NCBI GenBank assembly: GCA_033723415.1
Contig: JAWVXD010000005.1
Location: 160,001-224,000, forward strand
Source: Sulfurospirillaceae bacterium
Lineage (GTDB): Bacteria > Campylobacterota > Campylobacteria > Campylobacterales > Sulfurospirillaceae
DNA: 64,000 nucleotides
Direction of reading: 5' to 3'
This document shows, piece by piece, positions 43,789 through 55,187 of the stretch (within the stretch, counting starts at the first letter, position 1; each line of letters opens with the position of its first letter). The position numbers and the translations under genes were made by a program. The notes below the pieces were generated by a model. The model was not told the origin of the DNA and ran no database searches. It saw only the letters and a list, made by a program, of their open reading frames with translations.

Positions 43789-46182
43789 TCACTCCGCCAG
43801 CTTGTCATCTAAAACTTGCAATTCATTTTTTACAGTTTGCAAAATATTCAACTTATTTTTTAGATCTTCAACTCTTTGAGTCTTCTCAACTGAAGATCTC
43901 TCTATAGTTCTTATACTGTTTTCTATCATGTCGTCTTTCATCTTCATTTGCATTTCTATATTTTGAACCTTTGTCTTTGCAAAAGTTATAAAATTATCCA
44001 GTAATTCCTGATTGATATTTACCAATCTGTCACTTAGCATCGTTTTAATGTTCTCGAATTCTTCTGCTAGTATATCTCCAAGCTTAGTATCCAGTTCTTC
44101 AAGATTTTTATTTGAGTATTTTTTTATCAAAGAGTTGACTTTTGTAACCAGAATTTCACTATTTTGAAATATCATTACCTTTTTAAAGTACTTATCAAAG
44201 AAGTCTTGGGAATCAAACTTTTGATTCTCTACGATCTCTTTATCGTCAAAATCTTCAAAACTGTTCTTAACATGATCATATGAAGTTTGCATCTTTTTTT
44301 GAAATTCATATCTGTAATCTCTTGCCAGATCAACAAGCCCATCTTTTATGCCTGTTTGTATAAAATACTCTATTCTCTCTTGCTTTGGCAGTTTTTTATT
44401 TTTTCTCATTTCATAAGAGACATCATCGGTTACCCGTTTCTTAATTATATTTTTGAGTCTGGTAAGTGAATCCTGCGAATATTTTTCCAAGGTCTTAAAA
44501 TATGATGTGAGTTCCAATTTACTCTCATCTATATTTTTTTTGATGCTATCCAGATTTGTCAAAAGCTGAGTCTTGTGTTTTTTATGTTCTTCAAACTCTT
44601 TTTGTATCTCTTCTTTTGATTTGCTCAAGAATTCAATCTCATCTTCAAAATTCTTTTCACTCTCTAAAAGGACAGACATAATCTCTATAAGATTGCTCTG
44701 GATTATCAAATTTGCTTTTATACTCTCTTCACCGAACAATACCTGATTTAGATAATTTTCTATTTTTAATATACCTGTTCTTTCAAGATCATATCCATTT
44801 TCCAAGGCAATATCACTCTTGCCAAGCTTATGCAACAATGCCATTTTCCCCGAAATTGGTATAAAGTCTATCTTTTCCAAGATCATTTTTAGCTGTGCTG
44901 ATTTATTTTGCTCTTCGAGTCTTTGTTTTATACTTCTTTTTGTGTATTCTACGACCTCTTCAAGTTCTTCCTCGCTGACCGTATCTATTCTAGTGATAAC
45001 GATAAGAAGCCTTGCAATATTTTGGTATATGATCGCATCTATTATAAAGTCAACATCTTTTTTCGTAGCTGATTGGTTTACGTTCATAAGATGCACCATC
45101 AAATCACAATCAAGAGTATACTGTAGAGTTATCTCTTCACGCTGAATGATAGGATCGTCAAGTCCCGGAGTATCAACAATCTCTACTCCGTCTTGTAAAA
45201 AAGAGAGATCACTGTAGAGCTCGACACTTTTGACAAGATTACATTTTTTATTAGACTCTTTTGCAGATGTAAAAAGATGTAGATCTTCTATACTTATCTC
45301 TTCGCTTTTCCCATCATCTGTTATAAATTTATCAAGATCATTCTCAAAATGACTTTTTGTCTCAGATACAAACTTCTCTATACTAGGAGAATCTTTGGCA
45401 TTTGACGATATCTTGTCAAACTCGTTTTTGGTCCAGTAATGCACCTTCGCATATTTATTCTTTGAATATTTCAAGATGGTAAGATTGGCAGTCTCAGGGA
45501 CGACTGAAGTTCCCAGAACCTCTTCTCCGAGGATTGCATTTAGCATAGTTGATTTACCGGCATTCATAACGCCTGTTATTCCGATAGAGAGTTTTTCTTC
45601 TTTTAATTTATCCGTACAACTATCTAATCTTTCAACAAAATAATCATTTTGTATGCAATTTTTCAGGTTTTCTATACTTGTGTTTAAGATATTTAGAGAA
45701 TTTTTGTAAAAAAGATCATCTTTTTTAGCTTCTTTTATAACTATGTTTGTAATTTCAGGTTTATTTTCTTTTATCAGCTCAAACAATCCGATCAATCTTC
45801 TACTGACATAGTAAGAGATTATGCCCTCTTTTCTCAAGATCTCAAATCTGGATTTGATCTGAGTATTAAGACTTAGATCACCAAGCTCATCAATAAAACG
45901 TAAAGTCTCTTTTTGGGCTTGAAGGATGGTTTTTTTGTTTGCATCAACATCAGCCAATAATCCGTCAAACAGAAGTTTAAACTCTTCGATTTGTGTGATC
46001 TTGTCTAAATTTTCGCTACTTATTATAAATAAGATCGAACAACTGTCACAAAAGTCATCATAATTGTTTTCAAAAGTAAAAAGTATTTTTTCTTTCAGAG
46101 ATCCCGGTAAATTATCTATGGAATCGCTATCTTCATTCCAGGCTAAAAGAAAAAAATCATTTAAAATATGCACGAACACCAT
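43789..46182 (-). CDS. Bacterial dynamin-like GTPase (DLP1-type)
   Basis: G1 GVMNAGKS, VVPET, G3 DTPGLDD, G4 TRID, helical stalk. Confidence 0.9.
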   Translation of the reverse strand: MVFVHILNDFFLLAWNEDSDSIDNLPGSLKEKILFTFENNYDDFCDSCSILFIISSENLDKITQIEEFKLLFDGLLADVDANKKTILQAQKETLRFIDELGDLSLNTQIKSRFEILRKEGIISYYVSRRLIGLFELIKENKPEITNIVIKEAKKDDLFYKNSLNILNTSIENLKNCIQNDYFVERLDSCTDKLKEEKLSIGITGVMNAGKSTMLNAILGEEVLGTSVVPETANLTILKYSKNKYAKVHYWTKNEFDKISSNAKDSPSIEKFVSETKSHFENDLDKFITDDGKSEEISIEDLHLFTSAKESNKKCNLVKSVELYSDLSFLQDGVEIVDTPGLDDPIIQREEITLQYTLDCDLMVHLMNVNQSATKKDVDFIIDAIIYQNIARLLIVITRIDTVSEEELEEVVEYTKRSIKQRLEEQNKSAQLKMILEKIDFIPISGKMALLHKLGKSDIALENGYDLERTGILKIENYLNQVLFGEESIKANLIIQSNLIEIMSVLLESEKNFEDEIEFLSKSKEEIQKEFEEHKKHKTQLLTNLDSIKKNIDESKLELTSYFKTLEKYSQDSLTRLKNIIKKRVTDDVSYEMRKNKKLPKQERIEYFIQTGIKDGLVDLARDYRYEFQKKMQTSYDHVKNSFEDFDDKEIVENQKFDSQDFFDKYFKKVMIFQNSEILVTKVNSLIKKYSNKNLEELDTKLGDILAEEFENIKTMLSDRLVNINQELLDNFITFAKTKVQNIEMQMKMKDDMIENSIRTIERSSVEKTQRVEDLKNKLNILQTVKNELQVLDDKLAE

Positions 46183-46316
46183 CCAAAAAATATTATTATT
46201 CTACTAATAAAATAGATTATTTATTGATATTTTAGAAGGTTGAATAATTAGGATGACATTATATCAAGAAAAGTTATATATGAGTAATATTTTCAATATT
46301 AAAATGAAAATTTAAG

Positions 46317-46339
46317 AGAGCCGTCATGAAGACGGCTCT
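46317..46339 (-). terminator. Terminator hairpin of frdCAB
   Basis: AGAGCCGTC-5 nt-GACGGCTCT perfect stem right after the frdB stop. Confidence 0.75.
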
Positions 46340-46348
46340 TTAGAGTGT

Positions 46349-47068
46349 TTATCTCAATGCTACGAGTTTTCTTCTCATATATGCGATTTTACTTTGTAAT
46401 GGTAAGTGTTTTGGACAGTTATCTTCACATGCCAATAGACTCATACAACCAAAGATTCCGTTGTCATCTCCGACCAATTCATAAAAATCTTCATCAGTTC
46501 TTTCATCATGTGGATCCATTCTGAATCTTGCGACTCTGTTCAAACCGACTGCTCCGACAAAATCAGGTCTCATAAGTTTTGTACCGCAAGCTGCAACACA
46601 AATACCGCACTCAACACAACGATCTAGCTCAAAAGTATCTTCTGCAACTTGAGGCTCGATTGGTTTTTCCAATTTTGAATAATCAGTCTCTTCGCTAGAG
46701 TGAACCCAGCTCTCAACTCTTTTGCTCATACCGTCCATCCATTCACCGGTATTTACTGATAGATCTTTGATCAATCTAAATGCCGGCATAGGCATAAGCT
46801 GAATCACACCGCTTTCATAATCTTTGGTCAACGTACGACAAGCAAGTTTAGGCGTACCGTTTACCATCATTCCGCAACTACCGCAAATACCTGCACGACA
46901 TACAAAGTCAAATGACAAATCTGCATCGTATGTTTCTCTGATCTTGCTAAGTGCGATGAACAGCGTCATACCATCTGTCTCTTCTAATTTATACTCCGCA
47001 AAGTGTGCTTTGGAGACCTTAGAATTTGGATTGTATTTAAGTGCTTTTATTGTTATTTCTCTTCCCAT
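46349..47068 (-). CDS. frdB: Fumarate reductase iron-sulfur subunit
   Basis: [28 protein letters not shown]; start trimmed to MGREIT. Confidence 0.96.
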   Translation of the reverse strand: MGREITIKALKYNPNSKVSKAHFAEYKLEETDGMTLFIALSKIRETYDADLSFDFVCRAGICGSCGMMVNGTPKLACRTLTKDYESGVIQLMPMPAFRLIKDLSVNTGEWMDGMSKRVESWVHSSEETDYSKLEKPIEPQVAEDTFELDRCVECGICVAACGTKLMRPDFVGAVGLNRVARFRMDPHDERTDEDFYELVGDDNGIFGCMSLLACEDNCPKHLPLQSKIAYMRRKLVALR

Positions 47069-47069
47069 T

Positions 47070-49049
47070 TTAATCTCCAAATCTTTCGTTTTTAGCTTTA
47101 TAATAAGGCTGTAATTCAAATTCCATCAAAGCTTCTTGAATTTCATATCTGTCTTTTCCGGCAGCTTCCATCTCTTCTCTTATTTTGTCTACTTCTTCTT
47201 GTCTTTGTATACTTAGCGGATTCTCTATGATCATACCTTTTGCACCATACCCTCTAAAAGCCGGTGGCATTTCCATTTTCATGATATCCAAGTCTTCATA
47301 CTCTACAGTAGGAAGATCAGCACCCTCTTTCCAAGAAGTAAGTGTTCTCTTCAGCCAGTTCGCATCATCTCTTTTAAGATAATCTTCTCTATAATGCGCA
47401 CCTCTACTCTCAGTCCTCTCTCTGGCACCAAGTGCGACACATAAAGCTATTTTTAGCATTTTTGGTACTCTATAAGCTTCTTCAAGCTCCGGATTGGCAC
47501 TTAAAGTTTTAGATTTTACAGTGATATTATTTGCTTCTCTGTACAATTCTTGAAGCTCTTTAACGGCAAGGTCAAGATTTTCACCATCTCTAAAAATCGC
47601 AACTTTTTCCCACATAATATCTTTCATCTTGTTCTTGATCTCATAAATATTATATTTTCCATCTTTTTCTAAGAGTGATGCTAAATAATTTTGCTCTTCA
47701 TCAAGCTTATCTTCAACAACTTTTGTATTTATATCGATCTCTGTTTTTGAACAGTAATCAGCAAAATAATCTCCTACTATCATACCGCTAACAACAGTTT
47801 CGCTTACTGAGTTACCGCCTAGTCTGTTAAATCCGTGCATATCCCAACAAGCTGCTTCTCCACATGAGAACAAGCCTTTCAAGGTTGGAGATTCACCTGT
47901 CGGTTTAGTTCTGATTCCACCCATAGAATAATGTTGCATAGGAAGAACCGGAGCCCAGCCTTTTGGACCTTCGTCAGCAGGATCGATACCATTGAATATC
48001 TGACATATTTCTTGAACGTCTCTTAGGTTCTTTTCTATATGTTCTCTTCCGAGAATAGATATATCAAGCCATAAGTGATCACCGTACGGTGATTTTACAC
48101 CTTTTCCGTTTCTGATGTGTTCCATCATACGACGGCTAACAACGTCACGGCTTGCCAATTCTTTTTTCTCAGGTTCATAATCTGGCATAAATCTGTGACC
48201 GTCAACATCTCTAAGGATACCGCCGTCACCTCTACAGCCTTCTGTTAAAAGTATTCCTGATGGGACTATCGGAGTCGGGTGAAATTGTACAGCTTCCATA
48301 TTTCCTAGTCTTGCAACACCGGTTTCTAGAGCAATAGCCGCACCAATACCTTCACAGATAACTGCATTTGTAGTTTGTTTGTAGATTCTTCCGTATCCGC
48401 CTGTTGCTATAAGTGTTCCTTTTGCAACATAAGCAGACAATTCACCTGTTATCAAATCTCTAACGATCGCTCCATAGCATTGGTTGTTGTCAACGATAAG
48501 AGCAATAGCTTCTTTTCTATCTTCAATATTTACATCTCGCTTCAATGCTTCATTTGCAACTCCGTATAGCATTGTGTGACCTGTTGCATCCGAAGTAAAA
48601 CAAGTTCTCCATTTCTTTGTACCGCCAAAGTCACGAGACTGTATGTATCCGTGTGTTTCATCATCTTCTACTATCGTAGTTCTTTGAGCATTTATAACTG
48701 CTTCTCTTGGTCCTTTTGTAATTCTTGTCCAAGGCACACCCCATCCTGCCAATTGGCGGATTGCTTTTGGTGCAGTTGTAACGAACATTCTGGCAACATC
48801 TTGATCACATCCCCAGTCACTTCCTTTTACGGTGTCTGCAAAGTGAACGTCTTCATTATCGCCTCTACCCATTTTAGAGTTTCCAAGGCTTGCCTGCATA
48901 CCACCTTGTGCAGCAGCAGAGTGAGATCTTTTAACTGGAACCAAACTTAGAACTGTAGTGCTCAAACCTTTTGATTTTGCTTCGACGGCAGCTCTAAGAC
49001 CTGCCAAACCACCACCTATAACTAGTGCATCACAATATTTTATATTCAT
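47070..49049 (-). CDS. frdA: Fumarate reductase flavoprotein subunit
   Basis: [16 protein letters not shown] (covalent FAD His), QFHPT, HYSMGG, RLGGNS. Confidence 0.97.
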   Translation of the reverse strand: MNIKYCDALVIGGGLAGLRAAVEAKSKGLSTTVLSLVPVKRSHSAAAQGGMQASLGNSKMGRGDNEDVHFADTVKGSDWGCDQDVARMFVTTAPKAIRQLAGWGVPWTRITKGPREAVINAQRTTIVEDDETHGYIQSRDFGGTKKWRTCFTSDATGHTMLYGVANEALKRDVNIEDRKEAIALIVDNNQCYGAIVRDLITGELSAYVAKGTLIATGGYGRIYKQTTNAVICEGIGAAIALETGVARLGNMEAVQFHPTPIVPSGILLTEGCRGDGGILRDVDGHRFMPDYEPEKKELASRDVVSRRMMEHIRNGKGVKSPYGDHLWLDISILGREHIEKNLRDVQEICQIFNGIDPADEGPKGWAPVLPMQHYSMGGIRTKPTGESPTLKGLFSCGEAACWDMHGFNRLGGNSVSETVVSGMIVGDYFADYCSKTEIDINTKVVEDKLDEEQNYLASLLEKDGKYNIYEIKNKMKDIMWEKVAIFRDGENLDLAVKELQELYREANNITVKSKTLSANPELEEAYRVPKMLKIALCVALGARERTESRGAHYREDYLKRDDANWLKRTLTSWKEGADLPTVEYEDLDIMKMEMPPAFRGYGAKGMIIENPLSIQRQEEVDKIREEMEAAGKDRYEIQEALMEFELQPYYKAKNERFGD

Positions 49050-49052
49050 CTT

Positions 49053-49838
49053 TTATGCCCCAACCTTAATATTATTTTTTGTCATGTCTATTTTTGCACT
49101 TGGATGATATCTCTCACCCACATGACCTCTGTGTTCTAAGCCTATTTTTATATAAGCTGCAAGGGTAGTAAGTCCCAATACAAGAAAGAATATTGTAATT
49201 GCCCATTTAAGTTTTTTCAATTTAACTCTGGTAGCTTTTGCATTTTCGCCTTCGAACCAGCCCCATTTTACAGCTAGTCTATATAAACCTATACTTCCGT
49301 GAAACTCAACCGCTAAAAGAAGTAAAAGGTATATCGGCCACATCCACTCGCTAACCATTCTGTCAGCTGAACCATATGGTCCTATAGATTCTGGTTTTGT
49401 AAGCATTATAAATATATGTGCTGATGCCAAAAAGAACATAGCAAACCCTGTAAATGCCTGTATGAACCAAAGTGTCGTGTCTTCGTGCTTCATCATTTTC
49501 ATATGAGTTCTATATACCTGAAATTGTCTGAAGTTCGCAGGAAGTTTTCTCATCCCAAGTCCTGCATGAACGATGATGATCAACGTTACTATTGCAACAA
49601 TTCCAGATACGATAACTGGATTTCCGCCTTGGATAAAGGCCGAACCTTCAAACATTTTAGTTATCGTGTACATAAAATGTTTACTTACTAAAATGGAAGA
49701 TACGAAAAACATATGCCCCCACATGAATAGAGCTAAAAAAAGTCCGGTAGCACTTTGCAAATAATCAAGTTTTGCCGGCATCCTGCTTTTTTTACCGTCT
49801 ACACTTTTGCCTAAAAAGCCTTCGATAAGGTCACTCAC
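49053..49838 (-). CDS. frdC: Fumarate reductase diheme cytochrome b subunit
   Basis: QSATGLFL..FMWGHM, HAGLGMRK, FHGSIGLYRLAVKWG (Wolinella-type FrdC). Confidence 0.95.
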   Translation of the reverse strand: MSDLIEGFLGKSVDGKKSRMPAKLDYLQSATGLFLALFMWGHMFFVSSILVSKHFMYTITKMFEGSAFIQGGNPVIVSGIVAIVTLIIIVHAGLGMRKLPANFRQFQVYRTHMKMMKHEDTTLWFIQAFTGFAMFFLASAHIFIMLTKPESIGPYGSADRMVSEWMWPIYLLLLLAVEFHGSIGLYRLAVKWGWFEGENAKATRVKLKKLKWAITIFFLVLGLTTLAAYIKIGLEHRGHVGERYHPSAKIDMTKNNIKVGA

Positions 49839-49979
49839 ACTTAATCCTTTTTATGATTTTTTTATGATTTTAAATCTTACACCTTTTATTATTAAATCGA
49901 AATTATGTAATTTCTTTACATATCTAATTAATTAAAAAAAAAATTATGTGTAAAAAGAAAGGATATTTTAATGAAAAAG

Positions 49980-50807
49980 TTAACTGTTTTTTAGTTTCTT
50001 TGATCTCTTCAACAAATAGATATATAAGCACAATGAAACAAAGGCCATAAAGACTGACAATACCTGTCCCATGCTCATCCATCCTTCGAATACAAAACCT
50101 AGCTGAAAATCGGGCTGTCTGAAGAATTCAGCCACAAATCTTGCTACCGAATATAGTATACCGTAAAGCGCTATCAACTCTCCGTCAAATCTCTTTTTCT
50201 TTCTGTAAAAATATAGAAAAACAAAGATTACCAAGCCCTCTAAAAAGGCTTCATATAACTGAGATGGATGCCTTAGAGAGCCATTTACATAAATTCCCCA
50301 TGGAACATCTGTCTCTCTGCCAACCAATCCTTTATTTAAAAAATTACCTATTCTACCAAAGATATAACCAAGCGGAACACTTATGGCAACCAGGTCAAGT
50401 AAAATCAGACTGTTGATCTTTTGTTTTTTGCCGAACAACCAAGTGGCTAGCAAAAATCCGATTATAGCTCCATGATAGCTCATACCGCTTATCCCGACAA
50501 AGATCCCATCCATAAATGGGTTGAATATCTGCCAAGGATGTGTCATATAATAATAAGTATGAGGATCATAGAAGATGATATATCCAAATCTTGCACCTAG
50601 TATGACACCTACTTCAACCCACACAAAGTAGTTATCAAGCATCTTGTCATCTATGCCCATTCTGTCTTTTTTAACAAAATATTTAGCTGCCCCAAGTGCT
50701 GTCAAAAGGGCCAGTACATACATGATTCCATACCAATGCACACCGATACTCCCAAGCGAAAAAGCTATTGGATTTATGTGTTCATATATGTGATTCCAGT
50801 ATGTCAT
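49980..50807 (-). CDS. lgt: Prolipoprotein diacylglyceryl transferase
   Basis: [39 protein letters not shown]. Confidence 0.96.
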   Translation of the reverse strand: MTYWNHIYEHINPIAFSLGSIGVHWYGIMYVLALLTALGAAKYFVKKDRMGIDDKMLDNYFVWVEVGVILGARFGYIIFYDPHTYYYMTHPWQIFNPFMDGIFVGISGMSYHGAIIGFLLATWLFGKKQKINSLILLDLVAISVPLGYIFGRIGNFLNKGLVGRETDVPWGIYVNGSLRHPSQLYEAFLEGLVIFVFLYFYRKKKRFDGELIALYGILYSVARFVAEFFRQPDFQLGFVFEGWMSMGQVLSVFMAFVSLCLYIYLLKRSKKLKNS

Positions 50808-50808
50808 G

Positions 50809-52077
50809 TTAGCTTCTCAATGCTTTTGCTATCAATTCTATAGGATTTTGAAAGACTACGTCAACATCACTTTGAAAAAGAGAATTGGTTATCTGCATTC
50901 TACAAGCGCTGCATTCTGCACTCACTATATCTGCTTTTGTATCTTGTATCATCGCTGCTTTTGGTAAGCCTGCTGCTTTTGCGAGATGGTACTTTTCTGT
51001 CTGCATAGTCACTCCGCCGAAACCGCAGCATCTGTTCGGATCGCTCATCTCCGTTAAGACATAGTTTTGACTTATCAAGTTTCTTGGCTGTTGAAACACT
51101 CCCTGCATTTTTCTTGCATGGCATGGATCATGATAAGTTATAAGCTCGCTCATCTTCTCTTTTTTATCCGCTAAGATCTTTTTTAGCTCAGTACACTCTT
51201 CCAAATATTCCGTAGCCATAAATATCTTTGGCGTCAATTTTTCAGCTCTATTTTTCCACTCAGGTTTGTCATGAAAGAAATGTGCATAATCTACTTTTAT
51301 CATGGCACTGCAAGTTGCCTCAGGAATTATAACCGCGTCAAGTTCGTCAATAAAAGTTTCCATATACTCTATATTATGACGGGCTAGATAATCAACCGTA
51401 TCAAAATCTCCGGTAAAGTATGCCGGAGCGCCGCAACAAAGTTGATTTTTGATCAAATATGCATCTATTTCCAATACTTTCAAAATCTCCAAAAGAGCTT
51501 TACCGATATCCGTATAGGTATAGTTTGCAAGACAGCCTATAAATATGCCAACTTTCCCTTTGCCGCCATTTTTGATGACATCAGGATGAGAATTTAGAAA
51601 ACTTTTTGACTTTGCACTAGGTAGTAATCTGTCTTTTTTAACAATTGGAAGAGAAAATCTAGGTTCCATTGAGCTTTGTTTTTCATGTATCTTAAAGCCG
51701 CAAGTTTGAAATACGTAGCCCAGTTTTGCCAGCAAGTCCATGATCTTTCTGTGTCTGAGCAGCCAAAAGAAAAGTTTTTTATACCATGCAATTCCGAATT
51801 TTTTGCGTATATCGTCTCTGACTTGTTCTATGAGCATATCAACAGGCAGGTCATTTGGACATATATCTACGCAGTTTGTACATAAAAAGCAGCTCTCAAA
51901 TATATCTTTGGCGTTTTTGTCTAACTCTAGATCACCTCTTTGATACGCGCCTAAAAGATCTAAGAAACCACGAGGTGAGGTAACCTCATCTAGATTTACC
52001 TCATGGATCGTACAAGTCGGTATACATTTACCGCACTTTATACAGTCATCACTGGTAGTTTTAAATTCAAACATCAT
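50809..52077 (-). CDS. GlcF-like Fe-S oxidoreductase (2x4Fe-4S plus two CCG domains)
   Basis: [38 protein letters not shown]. Confidence 0.9.
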   Translation of the reverse strand: MMFEFKTTSDDCIKCGKCIPTCTIHEVNLDEVTSPRGFLDLLGAYQRGDLELDKNAKDIFESCFLCTNCVDICPNDLPVDMLIEQVRDDIRKKFGIAWYKKLFFWLLRHRKIMDLLAKLGYVFQTCGFKIHEKQSSMEPRFSLPIVKKDRLLPSAKSKSFLNSHPDVIKNGGKGKVGIFIGCLANYTYTDIGKALLEILKVLEIDAYLIKNQLCCGAPAYFTGDFDTVDYLARHNIEYMETFIDELDAVIIPEATCSAMIKVDYAHFFHDKPEWKNRAEKLTPKIFMATEYLEECTELKKILADKKEKMSELITYHDPCHARKMQGVFQQPRNLISQNYVLTEMSDPNRCCGFGGVTMQTEKYHLAKAAGLPKAAMIQDTKADIVSAECSACRMQITNSLFQSDVDVVFQNPIELIAKALRS

Positions 52078-53447
52078 ACGGTCTTTGAAAATCGTCTTTT
52101 TGATTCAGGTATTTTTTTCAAATACGCATCAAATGGCATCGCAATATTTCGTATCAAAAGAGTTCCTGTGGTATTGACCGTTATCTTTTTGGCAACTTTA
52201 TCTATATCTATAAGACCTTCATTTTCAAATGTACTAAGATCTTGTATCGCATCATCAAAATAATCAAAGAAATCTATGCCAAACTCTTTTTCAATTTTTT
52301 CTATATCAAGCTTAAAATTACTCATCATCTCCATAATGACGGCTTTTCTCAAAACATCATCATCATTTAGCAATAATCCTCTATGAACAGGAAGCTTACC
52401 TGAGTCTATAGCATTTTCATAAAGGCTCATATCTTTAAAGTTCTGTACGTAGTGATTTATCCCCTCACCGATGCTGGTAAGCCCGATGCCCACTAGATCC
52501 GCTCCGCCTTTTGTTGTATAGCCTTGAAAGTTTCTGTGTAATTCACCTTTTTCTATAGCTAAGAACAACTCATCCTCAGGTTTGGCAAAATGATCCATCC
52601 CTATCATACGAAGTCCGTTTGAGCTAAGATAGTCTATAGTATATTTTAAAATAGCAAGCTTTTCACTAGGTGTTGGCAGTGTTGTCTCATCTATCTTTCG
52701 CATAGTTTTTTTCATCCAAGGAACATGAGCATAATTGAACACGGCAAATCTATCCGTATCAAGTTTTAATGCCATCTCTAAAGTACTCTTAAAAGTCTCT
52801 AGATTTTGATACGGCAAGCCATAGATCAAATCCATATTTACAGACTTTATACCTGCTGCTCTTGCCATCTTGACTGCATTGTCGGTGATCTCAAACGGCT
52901 GTATCCTGTGTATTGCTTTTTGAACTGTTTCATTAAAATCTTGGACTCCAAAGCTTACACGGTTAAATCCGCCTTTTACCAAAACTTTTACTTGATCTTC
53001 ATTCAAATATCTAGGGTCGATTTCACAGCTTATCTCAGCATCTGCAGAGAAATTTTTAAAGTATTTTCTTATCAAAGATATGACGCGATCCAATTGCTCA
53101 GCACTAAAAAATGTAGGCGTACCTCCGCCAAAATGCATCTGTGTAACTTCTCTACTTGTATCTAAATGTTTTGAGAGTATTTCTAACTCTTTTTCAAGAT
53201 ATCCTATATATCTCTCTTTTTTGTCCTCTTTGCTTGTAAACACAACGTTACATCCACAAAAATAACAAGCACTCCTGCAAAAAGGGAGGTGAAAATAAAG
53301 AGATAATTTTCTATTTTTATCTGCTTTTTCTAAAATATCGACATAAGTGTCGGCATTAAAACTCTCATTGAACTCAGGAGCTGTCGGGTAACTCGTATAC
53401 CTAGGTCCTGGCTTTGAGTATTTTGTGAACATTTCAAAATCTATCAT
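52074..53447 (-). CDS. hemN: Oxygen-independent coproporphyrinogen III oxidase
   Basis: GPRYTSYP, CRSACYFCGC radical-SAM motif, GGGTP, GMDHF, RNFQGY. Confidence 0.97.
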   Translation of the reverse strand: MIDFEMFTKYSKPGPRYTSYPTAPEFNESFNADTYVDILEKADKNRKLSLYFHLPFCRSACYFCGCNVVFTSKEDKKERYIGYLEKELEILSKHLDTSREVTQMHFGGGTPTFFSAEQLDRVISLIRKYFKNFSADAEISCEIDPRYLNEDQVKVLVKGGFNRVSFGVQDFNETVQKAIHRIQPFEITDNAVKMARAAGIKSVNMDLIYGLPYQNLETFKSTLEMALKLDTDRFAVFNYAHVPWMKKTMRKIDETTLPTPSEKLAILKYTIDYLSSNGLRMIGMDHFAKPEDELFLAIEKGELHRNFQGYTTKGGADLVGIGLTSIGEGINHYVQNFKDMSLYENAIDSGKLPVHRGLLLNDDDVLRKAVIMEMMSNFKLDIEKIEKEFGIDFFDYFDDAIQDLSTFENEGLIDIDKVAKKITVNTTGTLLIRNIAMPFDAYLKKIPESKRRFSKTV

Positions 53448-53471
53448 TTATATTACCTTAATAAAATCACA

Positions 53472-53963
53472 CTATGTGTTAGTGGGCATATTTTGCCCCA
53501 TAAATAAATCTTTCAAATTTAAAAACAAATTTGGATGTTCTTTTTTGATTTTTCTTAATAATTTTTCCAAATCTATATTTAAACTTTTTGCATGGTTGTT
53601 TTTGTCTGCAAGTTTTTTTATCTCATCCATAGCAACAGTCCAAACATCTTGAAAGTCTATAGGAACATGTTGCAAAATCGTTTTTTCCAATTTTAGATCA
53701 AAATTATCTTGCTGCAATTTTTTAAAATTTTCTATCAATTTATGGATAGAATCTATGGATATCATAGTATGCAGTTTTTGATTTTCATCTATAATGAACC
53801 ACGGTTCTTTGCCGTCCCAGCTTCCGCTTTTTAGACTAAGCGTCTTGATATCCGGATTATCTGTTTTTGCTATCTCTATAACTGTATCGTATTTTCTGTT
53901 TTTATCGCCTATATATTCTTCTATATCTTCTATTTTATCAAATATATTAATATCTTTTTTCAT
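53472..53963 (-). CDS. Conserved Campylobacterota protein (DUF2603-like)
   Basis: LKSGSW...EPW, LKLEKTILQHVPIDF.DVW.VAM, IKKEHPNLF; start set at MKKDI after AGGAG. Confidence 0.8.
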   Translation of the reverse strand: MKKDINIFDKIEDIEEYIGDKNRKYDTVIEIAKTDNPDIKTLSLKSGSWDGKEPWFIIDENQKLHTMISIDSIHKLIENFKKLQQDNFDLKLEKTILQHVPIDFQDVWTVAMDEIKKLADKNNHAKSLNIDLEKLLRKIKKEHPNLFLNLKDLFMGQNMPTNT

Positions 53964-53974
53964 TTTACTTCTCC

Positions 53975-54120
53975 TTTTTGTTGAACAAAGTCCAACAAAA
54001 ATTCCTCTCACTAAAGCTACGACATTGTCGAGAGTATTCATTGAATTTTTACTTTAACTCGAAGCGATCCCAAGTTAAATTACTCTCGCCAAAGCTTACG
54101 CCTTGCGCAGAAATTCTCAT
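53975..54120 (-). repeat. Structured intergenic element, copy B
   Basis: Homologous to 55077-55186; several nested stems. Confidence 0.8.
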
Positions 54121-54143
54121 ATTATTTTTCTAGTATAGTATTT

Positions 54144-55064
54144 TTATCTTTCTTTGTCTAGCCAGACCATCAATCCTTTTTGTGCATGAAGTCTGTTTTC
54201 AGCTTCGTCAAAAACTATATTTGCATATTTTTCAAACACTTCTTCACTGACTTCATATCCTCGATAAGCAGGCAAACAATGTAAAAATATTGCATCATCT
54301 TTTGCTTCAGCCATAAGTTCGCTATCGACAATAAAGCCTTTAAAGTCTTGAATTCTTTTTTCTTTTTCAGCTTCTTGACCCATAGATATCCAAGTATCTG
54401 TCGTAACGATATCTGCACCTTCAACTGCCAGTTTTGGATCATTATAGTAACTTACAGAGCCTCCGCTTTTCGCACATAACATCTTTGCATCATTCATTAT
54501 CTCTTCAAGCGGTTCATATCCTTTTGGTGTAGCAACCCGAAGCTCAAATCCTAGCTTTCCGGCAAGCATCATCCATGAATGAGTCATGTTATTTCCATCC
54601 CCGACATAAGCCACTATAGGGTTTTTGTCTTTTCCATACTCGATCATCGTCATATAATCAGCCAATAACTGTACCGGATGATATTTGTCCGTGAGACCGT
54701 TTATGATAGGAACTTTGGAGTATTCTGCGAACTCATCCAAGATTTTTTGTGAAAAAGTTCTGATCATGACCATATCAACCATTCGGCTTATCACACGTGC
54801 TGAATCTTTCATAGGTTCGCCACGACCAAGCTGTAAGTCATTTGACGACAAGAATAAACCCTGCCCGCCTAGCTGATGAATCCCTACTTCAAAACTTATC
54901 CTTGTTCTTGTGCTGCTTTTTTCAAAAAGCATACCTAATGACTGATGCTGTAAGTATGGAATATAATTTTTAACTTTTGCTTCTCTCTTGATTTTTATGC
55001 CCAAGCCGATGATCTCTAAAATCTCTTCCTTTGTGCAATCAAACAGTGATAAAAAATGTCTCAT
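54144..55064 (-). CDS. argF: Ornithine carbamoyltransferase
   Basis: STRTR, HPVQ, GDGNN, W.SMG, HCLP. Confidence 0.97.
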   Translation of the reverse strand: MRHFLSLFDCTKEEILEIIGLGIKIKREAKVKNYIPYLQHQSLGMLFEKSSTRTRISFEVGIHQLGGQGLFLSSNDLQLGRGEPMKDSARVISRMVDMVMIRTFSQKILDEFAEYSKVPIINGLTDKYHPVQLLADYMTMIEYGKDKNPIVAYVGDGNNMTHSWMMLAGKLGFELRVATPKGYEPLEEIMNDAKMLCAKSGGSVSYYNDPKLAVEGADIVTTDTWISMGQEAEKEKRIQDFKGFIVDSELMAEAKDDAIFLHCLPAYRGYEVSEEVFEKYANIVFDEAENRLHAQKGLMVWLDKER

Positions 55065-55076
55065 ATTAATATCTCC

Positions 55077-55186
55077 TTTTCACTGAACAAAGCCCAGTAA
55101 AAATTCCTCTCACTCTTGTGAAGCGAAGCGGTTACCTCGTAATCACTCTCTGTGAGAAAGCTACCTCTTTGCGTAGAATAATTCAT
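55077..55186 (-). repeat. Structured intergenic element, copy A
   Basis: Shares TGAACAAAG.CCA..AAAAATTCCTCTCACT, CGAAGCG, ACTCTC, AAAGCT and TTGCG.AGAA blocks, in the same order, with 53975-54120. Confidence 0.8.
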
Positions 55187-55187
55187 C

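Noticed and set aside
46278..46312. Possible Fur box upstream of the dynamin pair
   Set aside because: Poor match to the 7-1-7 consensus in very AT-rich DNA.
53964..54041. 26-aa N-terminal extension of the DUF2603-like ORF given by the ORF track
   Set aside because: It lies inside the structured repeat, and a strong AGGAG precedes ATG 53963, which is the more likely start.
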